From Octopus sinensis (lineage: Eukaryota): a stretch of DNA of 64,000 nt. Positions 37,921 to 50,812 of the stretch are shown here, in pieces. Under the pieces are notes generated by a model that did not search any database, was not told where the DNA came from, and worked only from the letters and a program-made list of their open reading frames with translations. Within the stretch, counting starts at the first letter, position 1. The number at the start of each line of letters is the position of its first letter. Where the stretch lies: the NCBI RefSeq assembly GCF_006345805.1, contig NC_043013.1, positions 53,382,001-53,446,000 of the forward strand. Direction: 5' to 3'. The position numbers and the translations under genes are program-made.

Positions 37921-38997
37921 TTATATAGGGAGAGTTTACGAAAAAAAAACAAAAGACGAAGACAGGTGGTGTACAAAACAAACAGATGTATTAGTATAAC
38001 GCTCAGGAATAGAAAAAAGTATTTTACGTTTCGAGCCTACGCTCTTCTACAGAAAGGGACACAGAAAAAACGAGGAGAGAAATAAGGAGAGAAAAAATGT
38101 GTGTGGTGGCTAACGATCTATCATGGCAACTAGCGCCGGACAGAAGGGTCAAACACGAAAGTAGGGGAGATAACAAGGTAAAGATGACCCACAACACAAA
38201 GGTGCGTGTGTGTATAAGAGAGTATGTATGTGCGTGTGAAAGAGGGCTGGTGGTCTGGACCTCTGCATGTATGTATGCGTAGGTGTGAAGATGTGGGGAT
38301 GGGTGTGTGGGTGGTGTGTTGTGATGTGATGTGTAATGTTGTATGGTGTAGTGTGGTGTGGTGTGATGTTTTGGGGAGGTGAGGGAGGCGAGAGTGGGGA
38401 AAGCACGGGTGGGATGTGGGTAGAGTTGGGGTTTGTGGATAGGCAGAAGGTGGGGGTAGAGGTGGGGTATGTGGGGGAGGGTGTGGGATTGGATGGGATG
38501 GGAGATGGGAAGGATAGGGAAGGTGGATTAGGGATGTGTAGGGGTGGGTGTGTTTATGGGGGAAGGTGGGTATGTGAGGAGAGAGAGGAGGAGAGGAGAG
38601 AGAAAGAGAGAAAGTAAGTAAGAGAAAAGAGAGAAAGAGAGGGTGAAACAGTAGGAGAGAAGAGAGAGAGAGAATAAGAGAGAAGAGAGTAAGAGAGAAG
38701 AGAGACGAGAGAAAGAGAGTAAGAGAGAAGAGGGAAAGAGAGCAGGGGTGAAGAGAAGTAGGAGTCAGGGGGAGGTTAGATGAAGAGGGGAGGAGAGTTG
38801 AACCCAAATGGCGTAAAAGAGCGAAGAGAGAAGATTAATCCCTGCTCACGGCACAAACGGGAGTCCGGATGGCCTCTCTGCAAGGACAATCCGATCACAG
38901 ACAGGTGTTGCAAGGAGTGACCGGTGGAGCGGAAATGGCGGAAGACTAGGATGTCATTGCCGAGGCGGATGTCTCGGAGGTGTTCCGTGAACCTATA
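37920..38997 (-). mobile_element. 5'-truncated Penelope-like element: GIY-YIG endonuclease C-terminus, C-rich UTR and pseudo-LTR with a hammerhead-like motif
   Basis: RFTEHLRDIRLGNDILVFRHFRSTGHSLQHLSVIGLSL...REQGLIFSLRSFTPFGFNSPPLFI* (stop at 38776-38778) fits the PLE GIY-YIG tail R..EH...HF...H...E...I..L....P.G.N. The hammerhead-like motif is at 38021-38056. Confidence 0.78.
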
Positions 38998-39006
38998 AAT
39001 ATATTT

Positions 39007-39038
<32 letters not shown>

Positions 39039-39074
39039 GTGTGAGTGTGTGTGTGTATGGTGTGTGTGTGTATG

Positions 39075-39108
<34 letters not shown>

Positions 39109-40574
39109 CACACACACATATATATATAAATATATATTTATTGAAATGGATAAATGAATTATCTTGTTAAGGATTATTCAAAATTTAACCGATATACATA
39201 TATCAGTTTCCATCTATCAAATATATTCACAAGGCTTTGGTCGGCCCAAGGCTATAATAGAAGGCACCTGCCACGCAGTGGGACTGAACCCAGAATCAAG
39301 TGTTTGGGAAGCAAGCTTCTTACCACACAATTACGCTTGAGCCTTATTGTGTATCCAGTTTTGCAGTTTTCTTTCAGTAGACCAGCCTCTCCAAGCATAT
39401 GCTAACATAGGCCAACCAAAAATTATTGAAGGTCTCATAGGATGTCTTAATCCGTCACCATGATTAACAATGTTTTATAGTGAATCCATCGTCAACTGTC
39501 ATTACCACACAGTCTTATTTTTAACTGACCTCAGCTTTTTACACCCGGTATCTAGGATGAACTTCCGGTCCATGTATACCTTCGTCCATTTCTTCAACCA
39601 TTTTTTGCTGTCGTGAATAATGTGGCGGGGGCTGGGCTACACCTCCATGTTTGAACAACTTTTTAAATTAGTTATTCAATTTCATTAGTACCTTTGTTTT
39701 GTTTTGTTGTTTTAATAACCATGGTAATTGTAAATCCATATTTCGATTATCGCTTATGGTATTAACATACACCGCCCTAAATATGTGTGCGTTTGAAAAG
39801 AGACGGAATTACAATTTTACAAAAGCCGTGCTCTGTACTCTGATTGCATCGTAGACGATAACAGAGCTGGAAACCACGTGACAGAGCTATTTACCTAATT
39901 ATATAAATATGGTTCCTTTGAATGTGATGGTTTAAAAATAAGTCTGAGAAAGGAGATAACGAATGGAGATGCTTTAAATAGTATAGTTAAACCGAATTCC
40001 TTTCAAACATGTAAAAATAGCTTAAAAGCGAACATACATATCTTTTACCTTTTTCTTGCTTCAGACACTGGTCTGCAGCCATGCTGGGGCACTACTTTGA
40101 AGGTTTATTAAAAAAAAACTCAGCCCTTATTTTTACAGCCTGGTCCTTATTGTATGGGGACATAAACGATTGTCAACACCGGTTGGAGGTAGGGAGAAAT
40201 ACAAACATAATAACAACACATACAAGACGGGCTTCTTTCAGTTTCCTTCTACCAAACCCACTCACAAGATGTTGACTGAACCTAGAGCCACTTGGTTGGG
40301 AAGAAAACCTTTCACCACAGAACCACGCATGTGCCTGCACACACACACACGGACATATGCTCATACACTGCGCGCGCGATCACACGCACAAACAGACACA
40401 AAAGCAAAAGTATACACACGCACAGACTCATAAACACACACATACAAGATGAAAACTGTTGTCAGTGTAAAGCAGTAGGCATCAACACATACGCCACAAA
40501 ACTATTGAGTTCATTTTTCATTGAAATAATCGTACTTAAAGACTCTTTTTCTTTCTCGCATTATATACATATAC

Positions 40575-40657
<83 letters not shown>

Positions 40658-40776
40658 CATACATTCATATACGTATATATATACATATACATATATATAT
40701 ATGTGTGTATATATATATATATATATACATATACATATTTAAATATATACATATACATATATATATACACACACAC

Positions 40777-40811
<35 letters not shown>

Positions 40812-42499
40812 CATACCTACATATACGTATATATATATAACTATACATATTTACATATATACATATACATATATACACACACATATATATATATAGATAT
40901 ATATATACATACACATGTGAGTGTCGGTCTTATAGTTAATGTAGTAAGTTTATATAACTAACTGTTGAGTTATATGCGAGAGAGATATATAAAAAGTACT
41001 TTCTGTTCCTTCATTAATATGCACGAAGGGAACTTGGAAAGACGAGATTGGAAAAATGAGAAGTGACATGGCATGTATTCAGCCATACAAGCTAAGCGAA
41101 CTAATCCATCAAATAGAGACCAGATTGAAAGCAATTTATTTAAGCAGATACAACAATATGCTGATTGACTAAGGATTAGCATGAGGGAAGCGATAACTAG
41201 TCATAAAAGAAAATGTATGGAGGGTAATTTCCATGAAATATTAGCACCGCACATGGAACACGGAGATGAAGTAGCCATGGGATTTTAAATATCATAGTTG
41301 CGAATCAGTGAAGGGGCGTGGTTTTATGGCGTGTATGTTACAGTCACGTTCGTAAGATTATGGTTTCGATTCTTGGACTGAGCGATGTGTTAAGCTCTCG
41401 GGCCATTCAGCTGTAAATGTGTTGCATCAATAGATGGGAAGCTAAACATACGAGGGACTAGCGTCCCATGCAGGGATAGAAAGCTTTGTAATCTCAGTTA
41501 ACTTTGTATCTTGGAAACCGAGCTAAACTTCAAGCTCATGTGCTCCAGTTCCTAGAAGCGGATCAGATCTAGAAGCGGATAACAATCTAAAATTAAGCAT
41601 TCTACGTTATCTGAAACTAAATACACATGAAAGGAATAATTTTGGAAGACTATTATAGTTCAACAGATCTTTCTTAAAGGAGGAAAGAAAACATCTAATA
41701 GAAATATGTAATCAATACGGAACCATAAAACTAGAGAAATACTTCTGAAGCAAGATTTTGATTCAAACTGCAGTTCCACGCATTACTTTCTGCATAAGAA
41801 CTGAATGTATCAACAGATATCGCAAGATATACAGTTGTACGAATTCGACACTATACAGGAGGTGTGGTTCCGAATTAGTATAACTCTATACCTAGGTAAT
41901 ACACACACACACCACACGCACACAAACACACACATAAACACACACACACCACACGCACTCAAACACACACATAAACACACACACATAAACACACACACAT
42001 AAACACACTCATACAAACACACACAAATGCATACACACCAAAGCACACACACAAATACACACAAACAAACACGCAAACACACACACAATCACACGCAAAG
42101 ACACACACAAACACACATACAAACACACATACAAACACACACACAAACACACACACACACACATACACAAAGACACACACACACACAAACACACATGCAC
42201 ACACAAACACACACACAAACACACACACACACATACACAAAGACACACACACACACAAACACACATGCACACACAAACACACACACACATACACTCACGC
42301 ACAACAACTTATTTCTTAATCCAGCTAAAACATTCCCAACCGTAGATGATCTGAATGTCATGTTTTAACCCTGGGCATAGACTCGGCTGATGACCGGATC
42401 AGTCCCGCACCTAATAACAGACATTGAATTTTAATTCTCCAAGCAACAACAACGTACAGCATTCGGACGTTGAGTGTGTGTGTGTTCCACACCGTTTAC

Positions 42500-42770
42500 T
42501 CATCACATCGACTGCGTTTCTGGCACGTTCGGTTGGTGGTGACAATGGGACGATCCTCCTTATTTGGTCTTACTAAAACACTCTCTTCTCTGTATCACAG
42601 TCAAGATGCTTCTCTAGAATGGTTCTGGTCACTTCACCTTTCATGCGCTGGACACCATGACGATGGCATCGTCTACCTATGTCGGTATCACTCTCCTCTG
42701 TCGCTGCACTTGATGTTCCTTGATATTTCTAGCAAAAGATTCATCGCAAATCTCATACATAAGATATGTG
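42500..42770 (-). mobile_element. Possible degenerate RTE LINE 3' fragment
   Basis: HGVQRMKGEVTRTILE...DQIRR weakly resembles the RTE motif GHVQRM...(T/V)K.IL...W.DQI. Confidence 0.35.
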
Positions 42771-42886
42771 AATGACGATATTGTTATTATTTTGGTTTAC
42801 CTCACATTCGGTCTTATTCCTGAGACGAATTATGTGGATAGCAGGTTACTACCTTATAACCTTGTTATGATTATTATTATTATTAT

Positions 42887-42927
<41 letters not shown>

Positions 42928-42939
42928 TACTACTACTAC

Positions 42940-43057
<118 letters not shown>

Positions 43058-43067
43058 GCTGCTGCTG

Positions 43068-43159
<92 letters not shown>

Positions 43160-43438
43160 ATTATTATTATTATTATTACTATTATTATTATTATTTCTAT
43201 TATAAAGGTGGCGAGATGGCTGAACAGTTACCGCACTGAACGAAATGCCTCGCGGTATTTCCCCGTCGCTATGATCTGACTTCAAATTCCGCTGCGATCG
43301 ACTGCCTTTCGTTGTTTTGGGGTCGATAAAATAAGTACCAGTTACGCAATGGGATCGACGTAATCGACTAGCCCACAATTCCAAAGTTTCAGGCCTTGTG
43401 CCTATAGTAGAAAGGATTATTATTATTATTATTATTAT

Positions 43439-43535
43439 CGAGCGAGAGAACAGCTCATGCCATCAAAGTGACACTAGGTTACAAATATACGTAACCCAGC
43501 ATACCCAAAGTGACTACCCGTCTGATAAGAATACA
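43439..43535 (-). mobile_element. Short 3' copy of the (TAA)n-tailed element at 45076-45520
   Basis: Shared CATGCCATCAAAGTGACACT...TGACTACCCGTCTGATAAG. Confidence 0.75.
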
Positions 43536-43599
43536 TTATTGTTAGTATTATTATTACTATAGTTGTTATTGTTGATGGTGGTGGGGGTGGTAGTGGGGG

Positions 43600-44120
43600 T
43601 GGTGTTCAACATGTGCTAGTTTTGGCATATTTCTACTACCCCTCCGTGTTCCTGGGTGGGGGTGCAGCATTATGTGTCCCTTTTTTTATTGGAGGAATGC
43701 AAACTCTTCCTCGTATTGCGTTAGTTTCTTTTGTCATGGGGTCTATTGTGAATTGTGTTTCTGGATTGTTTTATTTGGGCTGTAATCATTGAATTGATAG
43801 TGACTTGCGTAGGATGCTACCTGTTCCCAACAGAGCTATTTTGGGATTGTGGGTCGTGTTGTGAGTTCAGGTATAGATTCTGCGTTTTTGTTCATATGGT
43901 TTTTTTTTATCATGCCCAATGCTCCAATTATTACTGGTATTGTTTTCACTTTGATGTCTCACATCTTGAATAGCTTAATTTCAAGGTATTTGTACTTTGA
44001 CAATTAATCCAGTCCTTTTTGAACAATATTTTGGTCACTAGGGACTGCCATGTTTTTCAGTGACCAGATGATTTTCGCTCCCCAAACAATCTTTGATTAG
44101 TATGTCTGGGAATTAGCTTT
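43600..44120 (-). mobile_element. RLE-type LINE 3' fragment 1
   Basis: LSKYKYLEIKLFKM*DIKVKTIPVIIGALGMIKK...KIALLGTGSILRKSLSIQ* (stop at 43786-43788). Confidence 0.75.
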
Positions 44121-44134
44121 TGTTTCTTTGTCAT

Positions 44135-44415
44135 AATTATTATTTGATGAAAACCTCACCAGCTTATTTTGCTGGATATGATGGAAATTGTCAGCTGTCC
44201 ACAGCCAGCAGACTAAGGCGACACTTGTTTACTGGTCATGCTTCAAGAACTCTGCAAAGAATTCTTGCAGTTCCAATCAATGCTGATTTTTGTAGGTGTT
44301 CTACCTTCACACTTGCACCAAACTTTTTCAGCCATGCTGGTAGTTGAGTGCTGATACTTCCAAGTGCACCAATTTCTATTGGTATCACGTCTACTCTCTT
44401 CATTGACTTCTTACC
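44135..44415 (-). mobile_element. RLE-type LINE 3' fragment 2
   Basis: VIPIEIGALGSISTQLPAWLKKFGASVKVEHLQKSALIGTARILCRVLEA* (stop at 44236-44238), then a UTR and a short TAA tail. Confidence 0.8.
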
Positions 44416-44460
44416 TCAAATCGTCATAGTCGTTCAGTTATGCTAGTACATGCTAACTTA

Positions 44461-44718
44461 ATTAGCTGGAATTTTTATTTTGATGTTTGGTGACGAGAAG
44501 TTTTTTCGTTCACAAAAAGCCTTTGTTAGGTTTCTGGTAAAATAAAGGATCGAAATTTTCTGCACGTCGTCTGCGTGGGTCTTAATTTCAATCTCTTTCA
44601 ATCTTTTAAGTAGCATTTCAAGTGTTGTGCCAAGTGCACCAATTTTCACTGGAATAATTGTTGTCTTACTCTCACACAGTCCCTTCAGCTCTCTTGATAG
44701 ATCCTGATGTTGTTCTTG
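44461..44718 (-). mobile_element. RLE-type LINE 3' fragment 3
   Basis: QDLSRELKGLCESKTTIIPVKIGALGTTLEMLLKRLKEIEI...VQKISILYFTRNLTK. Confidence 0.75.
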
Positions 44719-44768
<50 letters not shown>

Positions 44769-44821
44769 GTTATTGTTATTATTATTATTATTACTATTAT
44801 TACTATTATTATTATTATTAC

Positions 44822-44868
<47 letters not shown>

Positions 44869-44896
44869 TATTACTATTATTGTTATTATTATTATT

Positions 44897-45060
44897 GCCT
44901 TTTCACATCTTCTAACGCTGGAGATTTACTACAGTGTCAGCTGTTCACTACCAGTGAACTAAGGTAACACCTCTTATTTTTCGAACACCATCAAGAGTAT
45001 TCGAGCGATTCCAAGCAGTGCTGTTTTCTGCAACTCCTCCACCCTTGTTGCAGCACCATG
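44897..45060 (-). mobile_element. RLE-type LINE 3' fragment 4
   Basis: GAATRVEELQKTALLGIARILLMVFEK* (stop at 44974-44976), then a UTR and (AAT)n. Confidence 0.72.
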
Positions 45061-45075
45061 TATTATTATTATTAT

Positions 45076-45519
45076 TGAGTGAGAGAGCAGTGCATGCCAT
45101 CAAAGTGACACTGGGGTAAAATATACGAAGCCCAATATACCCATCATGACTACCCGTCTGATAAGGGTACACCAGGCACATGCATCACAACCATATGTGC
45201 ACGACATGGTGATCTCATATCAAGGTAAACAGCGCATGACCTTGCAGGTGGGGCCCAGTTAGAATTTTCTTCAGGTCGAGTAGCCCATCCCGCTCAAAAG
45301 GTCCCTGAACAAGGGTTGTTTAAGGATGTTAAAAGAACCATCCATGTTTCCAGAGGTGAATTATTCAAACCCCAAAGAATCCCTCTCAACACATGGCTAT
45401 GATGCTCCCTCACTACTTCTGCCCGTGATCAGAGATGCACATATCGTCAGCCACTAAGGGACATGTTCAGCTGGTTAAGGTCAAACAACTGACAAGCAAA
45501 TCTGTGGTATTGAGCAGAA

Positions 45520-45520
<1 letters not shown>
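45076..45520 (-). mobile_element. (TAA)n-flanked interspersed element with no recognisable coding content
   Basis: 445 bp of complex sequence bounded by (ATT)n on both sides. A partial second copy lies at 43439-43535. Confidence 0.6.
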
Positions 45521-45588
<68 letters not shown>

Positions 45589-45662
45589 GATTATTATTAT
45601 CATTATTATTATTATTATTATTATCATTATTATTATTATTATTATCATCATTATTATTATTA

Positions 45663-45697
<35 letters not shown>

Positions 45698-45707
45698 GTT
45701 ATTATTA

Positions 45708-45748
<41 letters not shown>

Positions 45749-45761
45749 ATTATTATTATTA

Positions 45762-45793
<32 letters not shown>

Positions 45794-46048
45794 TATTATT
45801 ATTATTATATTATTATAATTATCATTATTAGTGAAAAGCAAGCCGAATAGTTAACACGCCGAACAAAATGTTTCGCGACACTTCTTCCGATTGTACTTTC
45901 TGAATTCAAGTTTCACCTAAGTCTACCTTGCCTCTTATTCTTTCAGGATCGATGAAAGAGGTACAAGTCAATCATTCAAACACTGAGCTCCATGTAATTC
46001 CTTCCTCCAAAATTTCAGGTTTAGTGCCTATAGCAGAAAGGGCCATTA

Positions 46049-46082
<34 letters not shown>

Positions 46083-46871
46083 AGTTATTATCATTGTTAG
46101 TGATGTTGTTAGTTTTGTCGTTGTTGTTGTTCACAAATTAAACCAATTTCAAGCGCCAGGAACTTGACACCCATTATCTCTTTTTATAATCCTTTAAAAC
46201 CGTGTTTGTAACGCTTTCTTTTCTCGCTACCAAACAGTACTTAGATGTTCTTGTAAATTGATTGTGAAGAGAAAGCGCCATGAAAAGATCGCTCTAATGA
46301 AGCAAGGACATCATAGTTTAGCCCACTGCACACTAGTATACATATATCTACCAAATGCCACCAGAACTCATCTCCCAGGGAGAAAAATTATTAAAACAAA
46401 ACTGCAATGCATGTGCATATCTCATATCTTACTGCCTTGATTGATCAAGGAAAAACACAGATCGTCTTCAGAAGAAATATGGAGAGGAGGCGGGGAGCGA
46501 GAGGGAGTGTCGGGACGGGGTAGGCATAAAAGCTTAAAATCGATAACCTTCTGATCACAAATATCATTGTTATGTTTGCAGCGACTGTTATCTACATAGC
46601 ATCGATTTATCGATCGGAAAGTTTTGTACGTCGAGATTTTCAAGCAAAAGCCATGCATGACTTCTTTGTTCTTGTGAAATTGTTTGGAGATGAAAGAATC
46701 GAGATTCGTTTTGCCGTTTGTTATTTGCCTTTATTTCAATTATACTCAATTATGTCCACGTGTTGATGATGTTCAATGCTAACAATAGATGTAACAGCAG
46801 TAATATTACGGAACGCTGAGTTTCGCCACAAATGCAATAGTACATATACACATGTGTATACACATACATGC

Positions 46872-46963
<92 letters not shown>

Positions 46964-47186
46964 GCATATAGATATACCTATTCATATATGTATATAAACG
47001 CATATTTATCATATATAATGTATATATATATATAATTTGGTATATGTATTTGTACATGCATATACATATATGCCAAAACATATGTATATGTGTGTTGTGT
47101 GTGTAGATCATATGTACAATATACATAGATTTATATGCATATATACACATGCAAATATATACATATTTATAGATATCAACATGTAT

Positions 47187-47273
<87 letters not shown>

Positions 47274-48754
47274 TAGATACATATGCAAAAACAGAACTAT
47301 TATACGTGTACGCACACACTCATACACACAAACACATAAACACATACACAGAGAAACACACATACACACAGAAACACACGCACGCACACACATACAGACA
47401 CACACTGACTCGTACACACAACGTAATAATAAAGCAATTATCAAACAAAATACCATTTATGTGGTTTCGTGTGATTCTGAAACAAATTATCAAAACTGGA
47501 AAATCTTGAAGCTTTTACAACAATACGACAACAACAATAACATCAACAACAACAGCACTAATAATAATATTAGCAAAAATACAATAATATGAAGGAAAAT
47601 AGCAACAGAATGAAGAAGATAACAAAACAATAGCATTGAGTCATGGAATTGGTAACAGCAAGAAAAGTGCTTATCAATGATATTAGAAAAATGGGAAATA
47701 GTCTTTCATAAATTTTGATGCCTTCCGTATCTATGTTCATTCCTGGCTGGGGATTATTTTTGCAAATGAATATTTAAGCAAGCTTATAATTAACGTAATT
47801 AACTTGAGGATGCCGGAGTCGTAGAGCGCGTAAGCCAATAACTATCACATATCAACATATTTATACATTAATACAAGAGTTGGAATATGTGCTAACATTT
47901 TAATTTTTTTCTGTTACACGTGTTTCGATAAAATGTGCGAAGTACGTTTAAACATCGATTCCAACTTGTGGTAGAAGACAAGCAATCATGTGAGAGGATT
48001 AAGTCGATTACATCGACCCCAATACTCAATTGGTACTTATTTCATTGAACCTGAAAGGATGAAAGGTAAAGCTGACCTCGGCAGAATTTTAACGCTGAAC
48101 ATAAAGACGGACGAAATGCTGTTAAGTATTTTGTCCGGCACCGTAACTATTCTCCCAGATCGCTCCCTTTATAGCATTGTCTCCTTTGTATTTTATCCTT
48201 CGGTGAAGCAAGTGTCAGCTGTACACTGGGGTTCGTTGTAATCGACTTACCCGCTCCATCGAAATGGTTGACTTTGTGCCAAAAATTGACACCAATATTA
48301 AAATATAATTCCATGAAGGGCGCTTTGCCTTTTATTCCTCAGTGTTCGATAACCAAGTACCAGTTGTACACTGTGGTCCTTGCAATCTACTTCCCTCCTC
48401 CCGCGAAAACTGCTGGTCTCGTGCCAAAATTTGAAATTAGTATTAAAAATACTATCAAGATGGCGAGTTGGCAGAATCGTTGGCACGCCGGGCAAAACGT
48501 GTATCAGCTTTTCGTCTGCCTTTACGTTCTGAGTTTAAATTCCGCCGCGGTTAACTTTGTCTTCCAGCTTATCGGTGTAGATTAAAATAAACACTAGTTA
48601 AACACTTGGGTCTATATAATCGACTTACTCTCTCTTCGGTTTTAGTTGTGCCAAAAGTTGAAATCAATATTACTAATATTAGAAATATAATAAATTCATA
48701 ATAGATATTTATGCACACATACAAATACGTTGAGTCTTCTATCTGTAAATCTTC

Positions 48755-49389
48755 TTGGGGAGATTCTGGGCGTCGACAGGGAATACCTGTCCGGCCTCTT
48801 CAGGACGACTTTCGGGCCATGACCTATGGACAATTTCCAGAGATCCCTGACCTGGCAGTGCTATCGAGAAGCATTATTCATTCGAGATAAGGTCTACAGA
48901 CACGGATCAAGAAACACCGAACCGACCTGACAGAGATGCAGTCAGAACGACGAAACCGTCCTACACTCGTGCAATGCTCAAATATTCAGACTTCTGGGCC
49001 TATGTTGAACGGCTGCTGTCACGTGTCAGACGAGTCCGGTTGTCAGACGAGTCCGGTTGTCAGCCGAGTCTATCGTGAACATTGCTCCGCGACCTTCCTT
49101 TAACGGGGAAGGCAAGACAATTTTCATCACACTGGTGGCTATGGAGAAAAAAATGTGTATGATGGACTCGCTTGAAAAGCTTAGTGACAAATACTTTGCT
49201 CTCTGGCCAGCCTCTCATAAACTTTTCCAAGTATTACTTGAAAAGGAAGGTGAGAGTAGAGAGGGAAGTTTGTTATCTTTTGTGTACACGTCCCAAAACG
49301 TTTTCGATCCCTATTGATCGGTTTCAAAAAGAAAAATTCTACATTGTATTGTACCCTCCGTGTTTGGCCTGCGTGTCTCAATAAAGAAA
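48755..49389 (+). mobile_element. Tx1/L1-clade LINE 3' fragment with a 17-bp target-site duplication
   Basis: RSLTWQCYREALFIRDKVYRHG...T*QRCSQNDETVLH (CCHC-like)...LINFSKYYLKRKVRVERE. Ends in CAATAAAGAAA. TCTATCTGTAAATCTTC occurs at 48738-48754 and 49390-49406. Confidence 0.75.
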
Positions 49390-49634
49390 TCTATCTGTAA
49401 ATCTTCCGTCATAATCCCTTCTGTATACGACATGCAGTAATCTTTTGCCATATCGCACTTCACATATCGTAGTATATTATCTAAGTTTACGTCGATTCGT
49501 CCGTGGTGTTGTTTTGTATTTATAATTTTTTAAAATATATACTAATTATAAAAATTATCAAAAAATATATACAGTACAGCGTTGTTGCTACTTCGCGGAT
49601 TTTCACCTACTCGGGGGATTACTGTATGTGTATT

Positions 49635-49840
49635 ATATATATAGTGAGAATTTACAAAAACAAAATAAATAAAGACGAAGACAGGTGGTGTAGGAAACAA
49701 ACAGATGTATTAGTTTAACGCTCGGGAAGTGAGAAAGTCTTTTAGGTTTCGAACCTACGCTCTTCGACAGAAAGGAACACAGAAATAAACACGGAGAGAC
49801 AATAGAAAAAAGCTTAGTGGCTAGCGATCTATCATGGTGA
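49635..49840 (-). mobile_element. Penelope-like pseudo-LTR copy
   Basis: Homologous to 37920-38130. Hammerhead-like motif at 49739-49774. Confidence 0.7.
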
Positions 49841-49865
49841 TATAACCTATATATATATATATATG

Positions 49866-49965
<100 letters not shown>

Positions 49966-49967
49966 TA

Positions 49968-50812
49968 CTAGCAGAATTGCCCGGCGTTGCTCGGGGCTGA
50001 ATTACTTGAAAGTACTGTTAATGATTGCACTGAATGATGATGATTATTCAGGCAAATATTGATATAAGTTTACGCTGGGAGATAAGGACTTAACGATCAA
50101 ACGTGTGCCATTGCATTGTTTTGGGGGAACCAAATTTCTGATGAGCATTATAGGGGCACCAACTCTAAGTTTGAGAATGTGTGGTGGTAGTCCGGGGTGC
50201 TCAAAGGAATTGAGTACCTCTATTGGATAGTTGATGACGTCCTCTGGGTCAGGAGTTGTATCGATAGACTGATATACATAGACTTCCCCAGGAATGAGTT
50301 TTAGCATTTCATCATTAATATGGTGAACAGTTTTATTCCTTGGGGCCAGTATAGCCTTTTTGCCAATCCAATCCATATTCTGATAATTAGCTTGTAGATC
50401 TTGGAACACTGCATCTCTGAGATCAGAAGGCATCTTCACAATGGTACACATGGAATCGATGGCAATATTACCATTTTCATCCCCTGGTATTTTGCCTTCG
50501 CCAAGTGCAATGAGGGTGTGTGGAAATGCTGCTGATGTGATATTACGTCGCATATGAGCACGCATATTGGTGTGAAATTTGAGAGTTACTTCCTTAATTT
50601 TAAAAAAATGCATTAAAATGGGAAAAAATGATGGTAAATTATTTGTAAAATCGTAGACTCATCGTAGACGCGCGCTAATACCCAGAAGGGCTCGATATGA
50701 ATCACGACTATAAGATACTCGGTTTTGGTTAAACTGCATCGCAAAATGTGGGAGTAGTTAGGAATCTAAATCGGAGTAGACAGACACACAACCTTTCTTT
50801 TATATATAAAGA
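49968..50812 (-). mobile_element. Non-autonomous (internally deleted) Helitron with both termini
   Basis: Minus strand: A^TCTTTATATAT... 5' end at 50812; subterminal hairpin CCCGAGCAACGCCGGG (49980-49995); CTAG^T 3' end at 49968. The A^T insertion has no TSD, and an internal helicase fragment is present. Confidence 0.88.
50044..50613 (-). pseudogene. Helitron RepHel PIF1-family helicase fragment (open reading frame)
   Basis: KAILAPRNKTVHHIN...YQSID...YPIEVLNS...PGLPPHILKLRVGAPIMLIRNL.PPKQCNGTRLIV are characteristic Helitron helicase motifs. Confidence 0.88.
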
